Origin: Amoebidium appalachense
Taxonomy: Eukaryota > Protista > Ichthyosporea
Reading direction: 5' to 3'
NCBI GenBank assembly: GCA_963693365.1
Contig: CAVNZM010000001.1
Coordinates: forward strand, 3,612,907 to 3,676,906
Length of the DNA stretch: 64,000 bases
Of the stretch, positions 1 through 20,952 are shown piece after piece; position 1 is the stretch's first letter; every line of letters starts with the position of its first letter. The translations under genes and the position numbers were made by a program. Below the pieces are notes generated by a model. The model worked only from the letters and a program-made list of their open reading frames with translations. It made no database searches and was not told the DNA's origin.

Positions 1-301
1 CGGTGCGTGGGGAATGGGTGGGTGGTTAGTCAATGTGTGCGTGTGCGTGTATGTATGGTGTGGCGTGTGTGTGCGCGTGTGTATGGGTATGCGTGTGAGT
101 GAGTGTCTGTGTATGTGTGTCGGTGTGTGTGCGTGTATGTTTGTGGTGTGGGTGTGGGTGTGCATTGTTGTGTACACCTCTATGTGTGCGCATGTACCGG
201 TGTGTGGGGAATGGGTGGGTGGTTAGTCAATGTGTGCGTGTGCGTGTATGTATGGTGTGGCGTGTGTGTGCGCGTGTGTGTGTATGGGTATGCGTGTGAG
301 T
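1..301. repeat. Direct duplication of a ~100-bp GT-rich unit (1-100 and 198-301) within a degenerate (GT)n/(GC)n tract running to ~785
   Basis: GGGGAATGGGTGGGTGGTTAGTCAATGTGTGCGTGTGCGTGTATGTATGGTGTGGCGTG occurs twice, 197 bp apart. Confidence 0.85.
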
Positions 302-304
302 GTC

Positions 305-364
<60 letters not shown>

Positions 365-1126
365 CGTATATGGGTGTGGGTAGGTGGGTGGCTCCATACG
401 TGTGTGGGTGTGTGCGTGTGCGGTGTGCGTGCATATATGTTTGCTTGTGCGTGTGTTAGTGTGCGTGTGTGTGCGTGCGTGTGTGCATTTGTCACAGTGC
501 GTGCATATGTGCGGACTTGTATGTGTGACACTTGTGTGTGTGTGCGTTCGTGTGTGTGTTTGCATGCGTGTATGTCCGTGTGTGGGTGTGTTTGTGCGCG
601 CGCCCGTGTGTGTGCATGCGTGTGCGTGTGTGCGTGCGTGTTTGTGTTTATTTGTGCATGTGCATGTGTGCGTGCATGTATGTGTGAGTGTGTGTCTGTG
701 TTTGTGTGTGTGTGAGCGTGTGTGTATGTGTGCATCTGGGCGCGCTCGCGTGCGTGCGCGCACGTGCCGCTGTGGTACGTGTGTGGGGGGACTGAGGAAT
801 TTGTGTGCATTATGTCATTTTAGTATGGGTTAGGTGAGCGCCAAGTAACAAGTTTACTGTTGTGGGATGGGTGGGCCGAGGGGAGAGGGGGTGGGGAGGG
901 GAGGGCCAGGGGGGGGGGGGGGGGGGGAGGAAGGGGAGGGAGGAGGAGAATGAGGGGGAGAGGCGGGGCCCCCCGGGGGTTAGCATTTTTAAGATGTGCA
1001 TATGAGTCGATTGTTTGAGCGGTGTTTCAAGAGAGAGTGCATTTATATTTCCTTTTTCTTTCGCTTATTTTTTAAATCTTTTGAGAGAAAGTTGTCACTG
1101 AACCGATCATATGTACATTGATAATT

Positions 1127-1159
<33 letters not shown>

Positions 1160-1454
1160 AATCAAAGAAAAAGAAAAAAGGAGCAGAACCCACCCTTGAT
1201 GGAAAACCTGCAAAATGTACCGTGTGATGGAGTAAAATCCCATCAGAGTGACTAGTGGAAAACTAAGAATTTTAAGCCATACACCGGAACACTAACCAAA
1301 TTCTGCACACGTTTACGTTGACCCCATGCACACATGGCCAACCCATACATGTATATAAAAAATCATGAGTAGTGCATGTGTGCACACAGTAACATAAAAT
1401 TAATTGTCGCGCGCACGGGTGCGTGCAAGTGCGTGCCCAAAATCTAAAAATAGC

Positions 1455-1548
1455 TCACAGGCGGGACCGCATGCCACCGGCCACGGTGATGGTCTCCCCA
1501 GTCATGTAGCTGGCGTCATCCGACACAAGGAACGCAACTGTGTGTGGT

Positions 1549-1579
<31 letters not shown>

Positions 1580-1610
1580 GGGAGGGGGGGGGGGGGGGGG
1601 GGGGGGGAGG

Positions 1611-1644
<34 letters not shown>

Positions 1645-2212
1645 GTTAAAGTACATGTGTATGAGTACATTTATCATATTGAGAAGCAGGGGACAGGGGG
1701 AAATGGGTGGGGCGTGGGGGGCTGGGTGCAGGGGTGCAGGGGGGGGGGGAGGATAGTAGGTCAGATCAGATATAAGAATCCACCTGTCATAAGGCCGAAG
1801 GGGAGGAGGGGGGGGGGGGGGGGGGGAGGGGGGAGATGATTTTGCGAGAGTCAGAGGAAGAGGGGGAAAATGTGGCTTTGTGTGTTGTTTGTTTGTGTGC
1901 TTGCATTTGTATGTGTGTGCATGTGTTAGAGTGAATACCAAATCATTGGTAAATAAAGGTGTGTATTCATCTGTGTGAGCACATGTGTGTATTTGTGCAT
2001 CTGTGTATGTGGAGTGTGCGCGTGCGTGCGTGTGTCTCCTGGTGGCGGCGGCGGTGGTGCTGTAAGTAGAAATGCAGTACAGAATATGAAGTACAAATTA
2101 CGAACACAATGCAGAAGTTGCACACCTCAGACAAACAACTTGCATCACAAGCACAGGCCATCCTCTACCCAAGGGGGAAGAGGGGGAGGGGGGAGGGGGG
2201 GGGGAGGGGGGG

Positions 2213-2257
<45 letters not shown>

Positions 2258-2260
2258 GGT

Positions 2261-2307
<47 letters not shown>

Positions 2308-3912
2308 GGGGGGAGGGGGGGGTTTGCACAGTCTTTTTTTATACCTGCACTAGCAATCTGGTCCGGCACGGCCAGAGCCTTGAGGGGGACCACTGCCGTC
2401 ATTTTCTTCATCAATTTCTCATCCTCCCATAGTGCCTGGCTGCGGGTAGAAAGATTAAAAATCTTAGTGTGATCACGTGATGTGAGGGGGGTAGTCAGGT
2501 AAGACTCCCTCAAAGTCAGTAAACAACCAAATGAGACCGAAGCTATAATCTATATAAGTCCCCTAAACCAGGGAGACAAACGAAGAGAAGACAGATTCGC
2601 TCTGTCGGGTCAGGTTAACCTCTTGAGGACCGTAAATTTCACGAGATCGACATCTAGTCAACTGACATCGACATGAGTTAGTTTGTGCTCTAATGTGAGC
2701 ATGAAGTTGATAGGAACTAGCCAAATAAAAATAGCACGGGATTAGATTATGCACTTATCCTTCATAAGATGCAAAAAAAAAATTGAACTTTACTTTAATA
2801 ACGCTATTTTGTATATGGTGTCACTACAAAGGGTGCTTGCCGGCTTGACGAGTCAATGTCGACATCGAAATGCTGTCAATGCACTCTTCTGATTGGACCA
2901 TTCTGAAACTGGCTCCGAATGACCAAATATGATTTGTCGGCTCAGTCGACAGTCGATGGCAGCTCCAAGATTTTCTCAAAATCTCGAAAGTCACTTCAGA
3001 AACAGGTATAAAAGTATACGAAATAATGATATTTTCCAAAAATCATCTTAGTAACGTATGTAGGTAAGACATATACCTGTCGGCACATGCAATTTATTTG
3101 ATCTTTTCTATCGATGTTGAGCCGCAATAGAGTTGTTCAGGTCTTGGTCGGGACCCGTCCAAATCAATTAGTCCGGGCTCAAGAGGTTAAAGCAACCACC
3201 GCTACTTCCATTTTAACCGCTGGGCGGAGAGCCACTGGTGACGTCATTCTGTGCACAATTTCCATGACACCACGTAGCCGCTGGGCTGAAAAAGGCGCGA
3301 AGAAACTAGCTCTGTCGAATGTCGACATCAGCATTCTGACACAATTTGATCGAATCTCTTGATTGGTAAGACACCTTTGAGAATTGTGGCTCTCGGGTGG
3401 TTCGCGCCCAGACGCTAAAATGGAAGAAGCGGTGGTTGGTTCATGTAAATAAAATGACCTAAACTAGATATACTCACCTCGAGTAGATCGGGACATTAGA
3501 TAGACTCAAGACTAGATAGACTCATTCAGTGGGGTCACGTTCAGTAAACAGGATGGCCCAGCCTAGACATAATCACCTAGAGTACATAGGGTACCCTTAA
3601 ATGAGCCACACTCTCACACACCAGAGAGGCCAACCATAATAATATAGACTCCCCTGAAGTTCGTTTTTACAATTGTATAAAACTCACCTGAAGTTTGTTT
3701 TTACTATTCCGGGGGCAACACCGTTTACACGAATGGTTGGGCCCAACTCCTTGCCCAGAACCATGGGGAAGGAGAGGAGGGCCGTCTTGCTGACGCTGTA
3801 AGCACCAAGGCCCTGCAGGGGTTCGTAGCCGGCAATCTGCATGTGTGCAACGTGTGAGGGTGTGTGTGTGTGTGTGTGTGTGTTGAGGGGGGGAGAAGGG
3901 GGAGGGAGGGAG

Positions 3913-3947
<35 letters not shown>

Positions 3948-3993
3948 GGTGTGTGCTGTGTGTGCAAGAGTCGTGTGCACATGTGTGTGCCTG

Positions 3994-4074
<81 letters not shown>

Positions 4075-4185
4075 TCCTGTAGTAAAGTCCGTGCATATAT
4101 TGCCCTTTTCCCCCCCTTCCGTTCTTTTTTCCTTCCTTTTTTTGGGGGGGGGGGGGGTGGGAGGTGAGGTGGGGTGTGTGTGTGT

Positions 4186-4218
<33 letters not shown>

Positions 4219-4621
4219 ATGGGGATGGGAGGGATGGGGAAGCAGCAAGAATGAGAGCAATGGGATGGGGAGTAGGGCTTGGGAGAGTGGGGAACTAAAA
4301 ATGTGTCAGAGTGATTTCTTGATGGACGACACACTGCAAAAGATCTACATAGCACACACAAAGAACACGCATCATAACCAGAGCCCACTCTCAGAGAGGG
4401 CCCAAAGTCATCCACAGAAAGAGGGGGTACGCCGGGCGGGGGAGGGGGGGGGGGGGGGGGGAAGGGGGGGGGGAGTATGTACGGAGGAGATGAAGACAAT
4501 GTTTGGGCCGTTTGAGCTCTTGGCCAGGTGGGGGTAGGCCTCCTTGGCAAGGAAGAAACTAGCCTTGACGTTGGTGTCGAAGATCTTGTCCCACTGGTCC
4601 TCCGTGCACTGGGGGGACATG

Positions 4622-4656
<35 letters not shown>

Positions 4657-5814
4657 TGTGTGTGTGTGCGCGCGCGCGTGCGTGCGGGGGCGCATGTCAG
4701 TGTGTTTGTGTGGGTACCCGTGTATCTGTGCCTCAATGTCCGTCGAGGTGTGTCTGTGTGCAAGTGTGCCCGTGTGTGCTTGGATTTCATAGTACTAGTG
4801 CTCTTTCTAGCATTGGCAGTCATTCTTGGGCATGGTATACAAATCCCTCAACCCGTGTTTAACCCTAATTCACTCAATGAAAAGCTTGCCTTGGACAAAT
4901 ATGTGAATGATAGTACCAAAATGCATAACACCCACCCACCCACCCACACACGTGTACCCACGCATAACACAGAAGCACCGTTCTACGGATGCTTCCTCCC
5001 TAAGAAGCCACCGGAGAAAAGACCATGGAGACACATGAGCACAGGACACACACACACACACAGACACACAAAGACACGTATGTTGTCCACAACGCCTTCT
5101 CCATCCGCCACCTCACCAAACACAAACTGAAAAAGCACTGTGACAACACACAGACGAGCACATGTTCGAATCCCCCCACCCTCCCCCCACCCTCCCCCTG
5201 CTCAACTCGTTTCCTCAAACACCACATCACACATTCACTCCCCCATCCCCCATCCCCCCTCTCCGCCCCCCCCCCCCATCTCCTAGCCCCCCTCATCACA
5301 CATGCCCCCCCCCTTGCCCCCTCCTATTTTTAACCCCAACTCACACACCTCCTCCCCCCCCCCCCCCCCCAACCATTCATCTTCCATCCCAACTTCAAAC
5401 GCACTCGTCACCCCCCCCCACCTGTCTCGAAGCCCTACATCACACATTTAACCTCCCCCCCCCCCCCCTCCCCCCCCTTCACACACACACACCGTCAGCA
5501 CCGGGCCGTAGTGTGGGTTGACGGCTGCATTTGACACGAGGATGTCCAGCCCGCCGTACTTGCCCACTGCACACCAACCACACATCAGTTGAAATCCAAC
5601 CCCCCCCCCCCCCCCCCTGCGGCGTTCCCAAGATCTCTATTTCTTTCTCTCTCTCCCTGTGTGTGATGTCGTTCTTACTCACTCTTTCCAGCTTTCAAAC
5701 CCCCCTTCTTGATCCTCAAGCGCTCTTCGCTACATGTTTCCATACTCCATACCAATCGATTCATTCCCTTCAGACCCCCTGAACCCCCTTCACACACTCA
5801 TGAGATCATTAATA

Positions 5815-5860
<46 letters not shown>

Positions 5861-6899
5861 AAAAAAAAAAAAACCCACCGACCCACCCCCACCCTCCCCA
5901 ATAATAATAAACATCATAATATTAATAAGAAATAAAACCAAATCAAAATATATAAATAAAATATAACAATAATAATGACATTAATAAAAGAAGAGAATGA
6001 GACAGGCTGGTTCTTGGAGGAAGTGAGCCATGCAGAAATTAGCCATTTTTTCTTCTTCATTTCGTTGTAAGAATAAATCGGGGGGGGGGGGGGGGGGGGG
6101 GGGGGGGGAGAGAATTGGTTTTTTCGGACGTATCTGTCTTCATTTCGTTGTAAGAATAAATCAGGGGGGGGGGGGGGGGGGGAGGGAGGGGGAGAGAATT
6201 GGTTTTTTCGGACGTATCTGGGGTTGCCTCAATCCTTCAAACATCTCTCCATTCTCTTGTCTTCTTTACAGATAGCCCCCCCCCCCACCCCCCTCCCTCT
6301 CCCCCCCCCCACACAGGGTCCCCCCAATTCCCCCCTCCTCCCAAACCCGTCTATTCTTCGAACAACCCCCCACGCACACACACAAACACGCACACACACA
6401 CACACACACACACAACAGGCCTCGACCCTAACAAACAACCCAAACGATACACTTCAATCATCCTATCACTGCCACAACATCGAGATCTATTGGCAACATT
6501 CGAAAAATGGAAGACAGAAGCAAGAACCAAGAACCAAGAAGCAAGAAGCACCCCCCCCCCCCCCCCCCCCCCCCCCCGGGCGCGCTCTCGGGGCCTCCTA
6601 AGGGAGAGAAAGAAAAAAATCGGATTCCAATCCCCCCCCCCTCCCGGAATGAAAATACTAAAAGAAAAGACAGTCTCCCTCTTTTATTCGCAGCAAGTGG
6701 GCAGCCAAACGGGCGGGGGGTGGGGGTTGGGGGTTGGGGGGGAGAGGGGGGAGGGGGGGGGGGGGGGGGGGAACACCCACCTGCCTCCTCGATAAGTTTT
6801 TTTCTCTGCTCACTGGAGCCAACGTGGCAGGCAATGCCGTGCACCTGAACGTGTGTGTTGTGCAGGTTAGTATGTGCATTTGGGTTGGGTTAGGGTTTT

Positions 6900-6934
<35 letters not shown>

Positions 6935-7636
6935 AGGGGGGGGAGGGGGGGGGGGGGGAGGGGGGGGTTGATGCAGTCACTCGGACAGGCCGTGGACGGA
7001 GTGCAAATTGGGGACAGAAAGATTGTGTATGTGCAAATTTTGTATGCACACAAGTCTGTGTCTGTGTGTGTGCGTCTGCGTGAGTGTGGGTGGACCCAGC
7101 CGGGTGGCCCGTGAAGGGGAGAGGGGGGAGAGGAGAGAGAGAGCAAGCAAGAGAGAGAAGAGTGGGGAGGCGGAGGGAACCCAATGGATTGGGGGGGGGG
7201 GGGGGGGGGGGAGGGGGGAGAGATATAGAGAGGTCGGGAAGGGAAAGTGGCCGATATCCTATTTACACCGGAGAAAAGAACTTCGGAAAACGAAAAGAGG
7301 CCACTTCACATCTCTGCTCCCAGGCCCTTTCACATTTCTAATCCCCGAGCCGGTAAGATCTCTTCCCCCAGGCCAAACCACGTCATGTTCCCCACCTCAA
7401 GGCCCTCTTCTTGTAGCTTCTTGCAGGCCTCATCCACATTTGCTTGTTTGCGACTGCTGATGACCACTTTGGCCCCCTCCTGCCCCAGTCTCTGTGTTGT
7501 GATGGAAATGCAGTGTGAGCTGAAGGGACAGTCTCGAGCTCAAGTAGAGTGTGGACACAGCCCTACTATCAGCGTGGTGTAGCTCCCGTCCCCCCCCCCC
7601 CCCCCCCCCCCCCCCCTCCCCCCCCTTTTTTCGTTC

Positions 7637-7684
<48 letters not shown>

Positions 7685-8131
7685 CACACACAAAAACACA
7701 CTTCTGTCGTGTAGCCCCTCGACCAACCATCATGACTAGTAGAACGATTGGGAGCTAAGTGCCATTAAAAAAGGGGGAGCGTGGGGGTTGGAGTAATGTG
7801 GAAACGGCACTGTACGAGCTAGGAGGGGGAAGCGGGTGGGTCAAGAGGTGAAGAAGGGCGAAAGCTTCAGGAGCACGGGGGAGGTGTGTGTGTGTGTGTG
7901 TGTGTGCGTGTGTTTGTGTGTGTGTGTGTGTATGTAGGGGGGCGGGGGGGGGGGGGGGGGAATGCAGTATAAGGAAAGTCGGAAAGAGTAAAACATGCTT
8001 ACCCTAGCAACGGAGAAACCTATCCCTGCAGTGGAGGCGGTCACCACGGCAACACGGCCACTCAGCCGTTTGGCTGTGAACATAGCCGCGGTAGAGGAGA
8101 AAAGACGGCGGGAGACCTGAACGAACGCCAT
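1455..8131 (-). CDS. DHRS4: Short-chain dehydrogenase/reductase, DHRS4-like (peroxisomal carbonyl reductase), 8 exons, ~271 aa
   Basis: Exons 8131-8003, 7491-7396, 6844-6781, 5566-5493, 4608-4483, 3836-3688, 2439-2345, 1537-1455; all GT-AG and phase-consistent (816 nt). Motifs: [12 protein letters not shown] (Rossmann), [17 protein letters not shown] (catalytic YxxxK), [29 protein letters not shown] (PTS1 SRL). Collinear with animal DHRS4. Confidence 0.93.
3193..3438. mobile_element. MITE-like element in DHRS4 intron 6
   Basis: Imperfect terminal inverted repeats of ~35-45 bp: CAACCACCGCTACTTCCATTTTAACCGCTGGGCG ... CGCCCAGACGCTAAAATGGAAGAAGCGGTGGTTG. No recognisable coding capacity and no clear TSD. 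Confidence 0.7.
6054..6219. repeat. Two-copy tandem duplication (~83 bp) containing a poly-G tract, DHRS4 intron 3
   Basis: TCTTCATTTCGTTGTAAGAATAAATC-(G)n-AGAGAATTGGTTTTTTCGGACGTATCTG occurs twice; the G tract is pure in copy 1 and interrupted by A in copy 2. Confidence 0.9.
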
Positions 8132-9939
8132 TTTTCTGCTAAAGATCTTGCTGAGACCGGCTAGAATGTAACCTGTACACGTAGGTATGGAAAAAGAGTG
8201 ACTGGGAGAACAGGCCGTTAGCGGGGAGGTAGGTTTGGATATAGTCTCTATGAGGGCGAGCAAGAAAGTGGGCGTCGACGTCGCAAAACTGACGTTGAAC
8301 TCTTCACGCGAGGTTGCTTTGTTTTCAAAAACGGTGGCTCGCCGGACCCGGGAGCGCCCCGATTGGCGCACGTGAGACTACCAATCAAATAATAGGAAAA
8401 ATCAGGTGTGCCGGGGTTTGGCATTCTTCATCGTATTTAGGCAAATTCCGAGGAATTTGACACCCTTCAGGATCGTATTTACTAATTAATTGCATGGCTC
8501 CTGTTAATCATATCACGGTATTTTAGGCTGATACGATTCGTAACGCAAACCCTGGGAAAAATTCAGCAGATTACCATATAAAGCAATCTCGCGGACTGTC
8601 ACATTTGTCAGTCCATGGGGTGGCTCAGTCATAAAGCTTTTTTTCAAGGCCCAGAAAAGTAGTTTTGACATGTGAGCTTACGAGCATATATACATAGGTT
8701 CTAAACATATAAAAAACTCTGAAATACTACATACTATTTCAATATACATATCTACTGAGACATGGTACTCTCCGGAGCTACCGTAGTCTCCGGGGCCGTG
8801 TTTTCAAGCAAAGTGATGACGTCAATGATGCTTAGTAAGCCAATCATAGCATCAAGTTTTGGCTTCCTAGACCTCTAGCATTGGGGTCGATGATCGAAAG
8901 GCTTTTTTTTTCTTTTGACTGGATTTACTCGACGGAAAGATACGCAAGTATGCACGGCATACTGAGAAGACAATAAAAACTTCACGAGTTATCCAGTAAC
9001 AAGTGCATACTGAGATACCTGAACACTGTGTGAAATTATATAAATACTCAATGTGACGACCAACAGAATTCAACAAAAAGTCTAAAGTGTTCACATTGCC
9101 TGCCAGTGTAGCAGACACCCGTAGGGAAAGAGGTAAAACGCGACATAAAAACTCACACCTATCAACATGCTTTCGATTAAAAAGTTCAGCACAAAAGTGG
9201 CACCAGCGGCGATGGAAACAAGAATTACAACGCCACTGCACGACTTCCCAGGCAATATCAACATCAGAGCACCATACAGACTTATCTACTGGGGTGGTAT
9301 CCATGCGTACAGCAGGAGAAATGTATCCTGCCAAAGCTCCCAAAAGCGATAATGATCAGTACGGTGTTGCCTAAGGAACATTACACATGCCGACTGAGTT
9401 TTACCTTTGATTTCTCTATTAGAACGAGAAAGAAACTTATACTGCGTATGGTAATAACTCGAAAAGGCAGAAAAAACAGGAAGAGAAAAGAAAGAGGGAG
9501 CGAGAAAGGCAACGCTGGTGGCGCGCGCGGTGCTGCAACTTGTACACTACTGACCGTGCTGTAGTATAATTTACGTTTTAGATGGGCATTTAACGGAACA
9601 TTACATGGCTTTTAAAAGGATAGTGAGATGTAGCCTAGTAGGCAACATTAGACAGCACGCAATATTGTCTTATAACTATAACTCTCGTACTCTAGGGTGC
9701 CATAAGTTATGATGTCTTTTTGGGTTTTTTTTATGCCTTCAGATATTTTGTATTGAGCCCCCTAGAGGGATCTGTATTGTTTGCCGTGACGTCATGACGT
9801 CGATTTTTGAGTTTTTCTTTTTTTCGAGCCTTCTTCGCTCTCATTCACACCACTTTGGCAAACCACAAGCACTTCTCACAGCACTCGCTTTACAGTAGGT
9901 TTGGGTATTTTTCTTTGAAAGAAACCATAGACTTTCACA
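8132..9939. promoter_or_regulatory. Divergent intergenic/promoter region between DHRS4 (-) and the putative beta-trefoil gene (+)
   Basis: Head-to-head gene arrangement, free of simple repeats. CCAAT boxes at ~8362 and ~8381; CRE-like TGACGTCA at ~8817 and tandem at ~9787. Function of the motifs is inferred only. Confidence 0.45.
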
Positions 9940-17007
<7,068 letters not shown>

Positions 17008-17304
17008 GGTGTTTTTAGGTTTAAAATTTAAAGGGGTTGAAGGCCGTGCAAAATCTAAACAAGGTTCGGGATGGTCAGAGGAAATGTTTTGTTTTATGGT
17101 TTTAATTTAAGGTGTTAAAGGCGGCATATACATTATAAACACGGTGTTGATAGTGGAGGGCAGGAAGGAGACAAGGGTGGACTCGAATGGCCAGAGAAAA
17201 TGATGTTTTATGTTTAAAAGTTTTAATGGTGGTAGATTAAATATTGTTAATAGGACGGTTGTTTCTTTTTGTTGTTGTTTGTAACGGTGGTAATCCCTCA
17301 TCCA

Positions 17305-17359
<55 letters not shown>

Positions 17360-17615
17360 ACCCTCTCCCCTCCTTTTCTCCTCTCCTTTACCTAACTCTC
17401 CCACCCCCCTCCTCCTTCCCTGGTATTTTTTTATTTATTAGTTGGGGTACACAAGATGGTGAATAAAGTGAGCAAGGAAGGTGTTGGGGACTTTGGTATT
17501 ACTGCAAGGGGTGTTAAACTTTGTTGTGAACAGGCAGGCGTCTATGGAAATGAATGTATATGTTGGTATCCCAGCCGCTTTAAAATGTGTGTGTATGTGT
17601 GTGTGTGTGTGTCTT

Positions 17616-17659
<44 letters not shown>

Positions 17660-18158
17660 TGGTGGTTTTTTTTTTTTTTTTTTTTGGGGGGGGGGGGGGG
17701 GGGAGGGGGGGGGGGAGGGGGGGGGGGGGGGGGGGGTAAGGAGGGGGGCTTGCTCACGGGTGATACCAATGGGTTGATATTTGGTTAGGCGCAAGCAGAT
17801 AATGGCTTAACGCCCGGTTAATGGTATTAGGGCCCGTCTTTATTGGGCTTGTCTCTGTTCCCTGTTTTACTTTTTATTGATACCTTAGCAAATTCTTGCA
17901 TATACGTACATAAATATGGATTTATTAACTCGGGTTACTCAGTCCGTGCACCTATACGTGGAGCCAAGAAAGCAGAGAATCAAAATCCCTCTCGAGCCCC
18001 CTCCCCCCCCCCCCCCCCCCCACCAAAAAAAAAAAAAAAAAAAAAAAAAATAGAAGAAAAGAAAGACCCTCCTCCCACCCTCCCCTACTCCCTCTCTCCC
18101 CCCTTCCTCCCCTCTACCTTTACCTCCCCCCCCCCCTCTTTTTTTTGTATGTGTGCGC

Positions 18159-18237
<79 letters not shown>

Positions 18238-18289
18238 GGGGGGGGAGGGGGGGGAGCCTTGGGGATTACTAAGTCATGAAGGCTAATCA

Positions 18290-18850
18290 GGTTTCCGTGT
18301 TCGGAATTTCCGAAGAAAAGAGCGTCTGATTTTGGCCTCCACTCTGACAGAACTCTTTTTCATAACCAAAGTTCTTATGTTGATTACACGTGTAGTCTGA
18401 AAATACAAAGCAATAGCTGCTCGTGCCACTGGACACCATATACGTACGATGATCCATGTGCATACTAAATTTTGTACTCATCAGCTTACCTGCAGAGTAT
18501 ACTAATATATTAGTGGCCTGGAAATGATAGCTATGCCTAGGCACCTTCGCTTGTATTGCATCATACCCGTATAACATATTATGCCGGTCAAGAAAACACT
18601 ATTTACATATTCATCATGCAAATTTTTTGTCTTTAGCGGATAGTTGTGCTACCTTACAAGGTTCGATGTAACCCTGTTTTTCATATGAGTTTGGCCCGGA
18701 GACCGATCGCCGCAATTCCATGATTCCAGCTACCTTAAAGATCGGTCGACCTTTATAATGCTAACGCGCTCGGCGGCGGAGACCCTAATGTCATACTTGC
18801 GCAAGTCGATTCTGCCAATCGTGCACTGCTGGCAGAGAGCAGTTGTTGCC
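18290..18850. repeat. Diverged dispersed repeat, inverted relative to 26720-27320
   Basis: Collinear inverted matches: GTCTGATTTTGGCC (~18325) with ~27300-27315; AGTATACTAATATATT (~18496) with ~27085-27100; 19-bp perfect GTCGACCTTTATAATGCTA (18745-18763) with 26790-26808. Boundaries approximate. Confidence 0.55.
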
Positions 18851-18882
18851 GCAGGTCTGGCACCAGTAAGCGCACTGATGTT

Positions 18883-18923
<41 letters not shown>

Positions 18924-19143
18924 TGCACAGAACGGGGGAAGTGACTGAGGGGTTTACGCTGTTTACTCGAGGCAAAGAGAACCAGTCTCAGGTATGGGGG
19001 GGGGGGTTTTGCTCGGAATATCCCCTCAGCGGTATATCATGATCACGTACATAGATGTCGGGTGGTGACTATATATCAGGGTTTACTTTCTCTACGAGAC
19101 ACCATAAAGACTACAAGGAGAAATCAATTAGTTGGGGTTCCCC

Positions 19144-19198
<55 letters not shown>

Positions 19199-19230
19199 GG
19201 GCTCCCCTCGGGACACTCGGTATCAGCTGG

Positions 19231-19303
<73 letters not shown>

Positions 19304-19941
19304 TGCGCTATAATTTTGTAGTGATGTGTTTCTCAAGCCAATCAATACATCTAATAAACAGGTCGTAGTTACGCGTGTTTAGTATAAAATCAAGGATGTT
19401 GTAATTTACAGGTAGGCTATCTTTCTGGGTGTCTGTTGTGAATGTGACGTGTGTGTGTTGCGGTATTATGTGGTCTATCAAACTACATTTGGCGATACAT
19501 GACCGGTTAAACTGGTGTGTGTGTGTGTTGTCACCGACTGTACAGTAGAGGTGACATGTGTGTCTTTTCCGTAACTTACGCACTTACTTGATGTTGTCGT
19601 CCTGTGGATTTGAAACGAAGCGTTATAGGACTCCTGTTTTTCAGCTAATAGTGTAAATATGGTAGATCTAGAGGCTTGCAGGTTGGGGGATGGGGAGCCG
19701 TTCAGGGCCACCCAAACTTTAGTAGGTAGGTAACGGAGTATACCGAGTAGAGCATTTAAATTTGAGTAGAGCCCTGAGTTGTGTCCTTAGCAGCAGATGG
19801 CATGTTACAAACTACTAAGCCTAGCTCGACCTTCTAGTCAGATGCCGGCCCGCCCGGTTACCATTCTCATTATAGTAATTTCAGTCGCGGTCTAGCATTA
19901 CGAAAGTGGTTTTTGTCCTGACACATTGCTTCGGGGTAAGT

Positions 19942-19974
<33 letters not shown>

Positions 19975-20090
19975 TTCCTTTGTGCTTTGCTCCCCCCCCC
20001 CCCCCCCCCCTTTCTTCCTTCGGTATTCCCAACACCTACTTCACACGGTTAAATGATCACAGTTTCTCATCTTTCGACTTTTGTGCTTTC

Positions 20091-20125
<35 letters not shown>

Positions 20126-20627
20126 ACCCCCTTCCCCCCTCTTCCTTTCTTTCTTCTGCATTGTACGGACCGCGAAGAAGTTATTGCTTACTCTTTTCTC
20201 TCTCGGCGCTTTCTTGCCAGTGCCAATAATTTTTATGCAGATTTTCCAAAAAAAAATAGTAACCATTTTGCTGTGCGTGTTCATATTGCATAGCAGCCAT
20301 TACTATTAGACCACTGCAAGGGGGAGGGGCTTAAGTGCCAGTGCCTGGTGATCAACGTTTACCGTCAGGTGGTACCGTGGGGAAGTCGACTGAACCAACT
20401 ATCAAGTATATACAAACCAACATTTATTACTCCAACAGCCGTATTTTTAGCTATATTGTGGACCGTCTTGGTTACTTAATTTGTATCTATGGTCCCCGGG
20501 GCCACCACTACAACATCAATACATTCGGTTACACATGCCTATGGTCGCGGATCGATCAACTTGTATGGACTACGTCTGGGCCGTATACACACGCATCCAC
20601 ACTGGCTACGTGCCTATCCCCCCCCCC

Positions 20628-20884
20628 AACAGACAATGGGAGAAATTGTAAAGTAACTGTTTACATTTTTGGTTGTGTGACGTCATAACAGGGGTGTTTT
20701 ACCGGCATATGAATATTGATAAAGCAAGATTTTTCATGAAATTTCCCGAACGGGGGCTGCAGGTGCGTGTAGAAGGTTAAAAAAGACAGGACTCTCAGAG
20801 TCCAGGCGGACTCTCATAGTCCGCTGGGAGGACCATACGAACCGACCCAAAATGTAAACTTTACATTTTCTCCCATTATCTGTT
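20628..20884. mobile_element. MITE-like element (~257 bp) sitting between poly-C tracts
   Basis: TIRs AACAGACAATGGGAGAAATTGTAAAGT...TTACATTTTTGGT and inverse ACCCAAAATGTAAACTTTACATTTTCTCCCATTATCTGTT; flanked by C-runs on both sides. Confidence 0.75.
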
Positions 20885-20901
20885 CCCCCCCCCCCCCCCC
20901 C

Positions 20902-20952
<51 letters not shown>

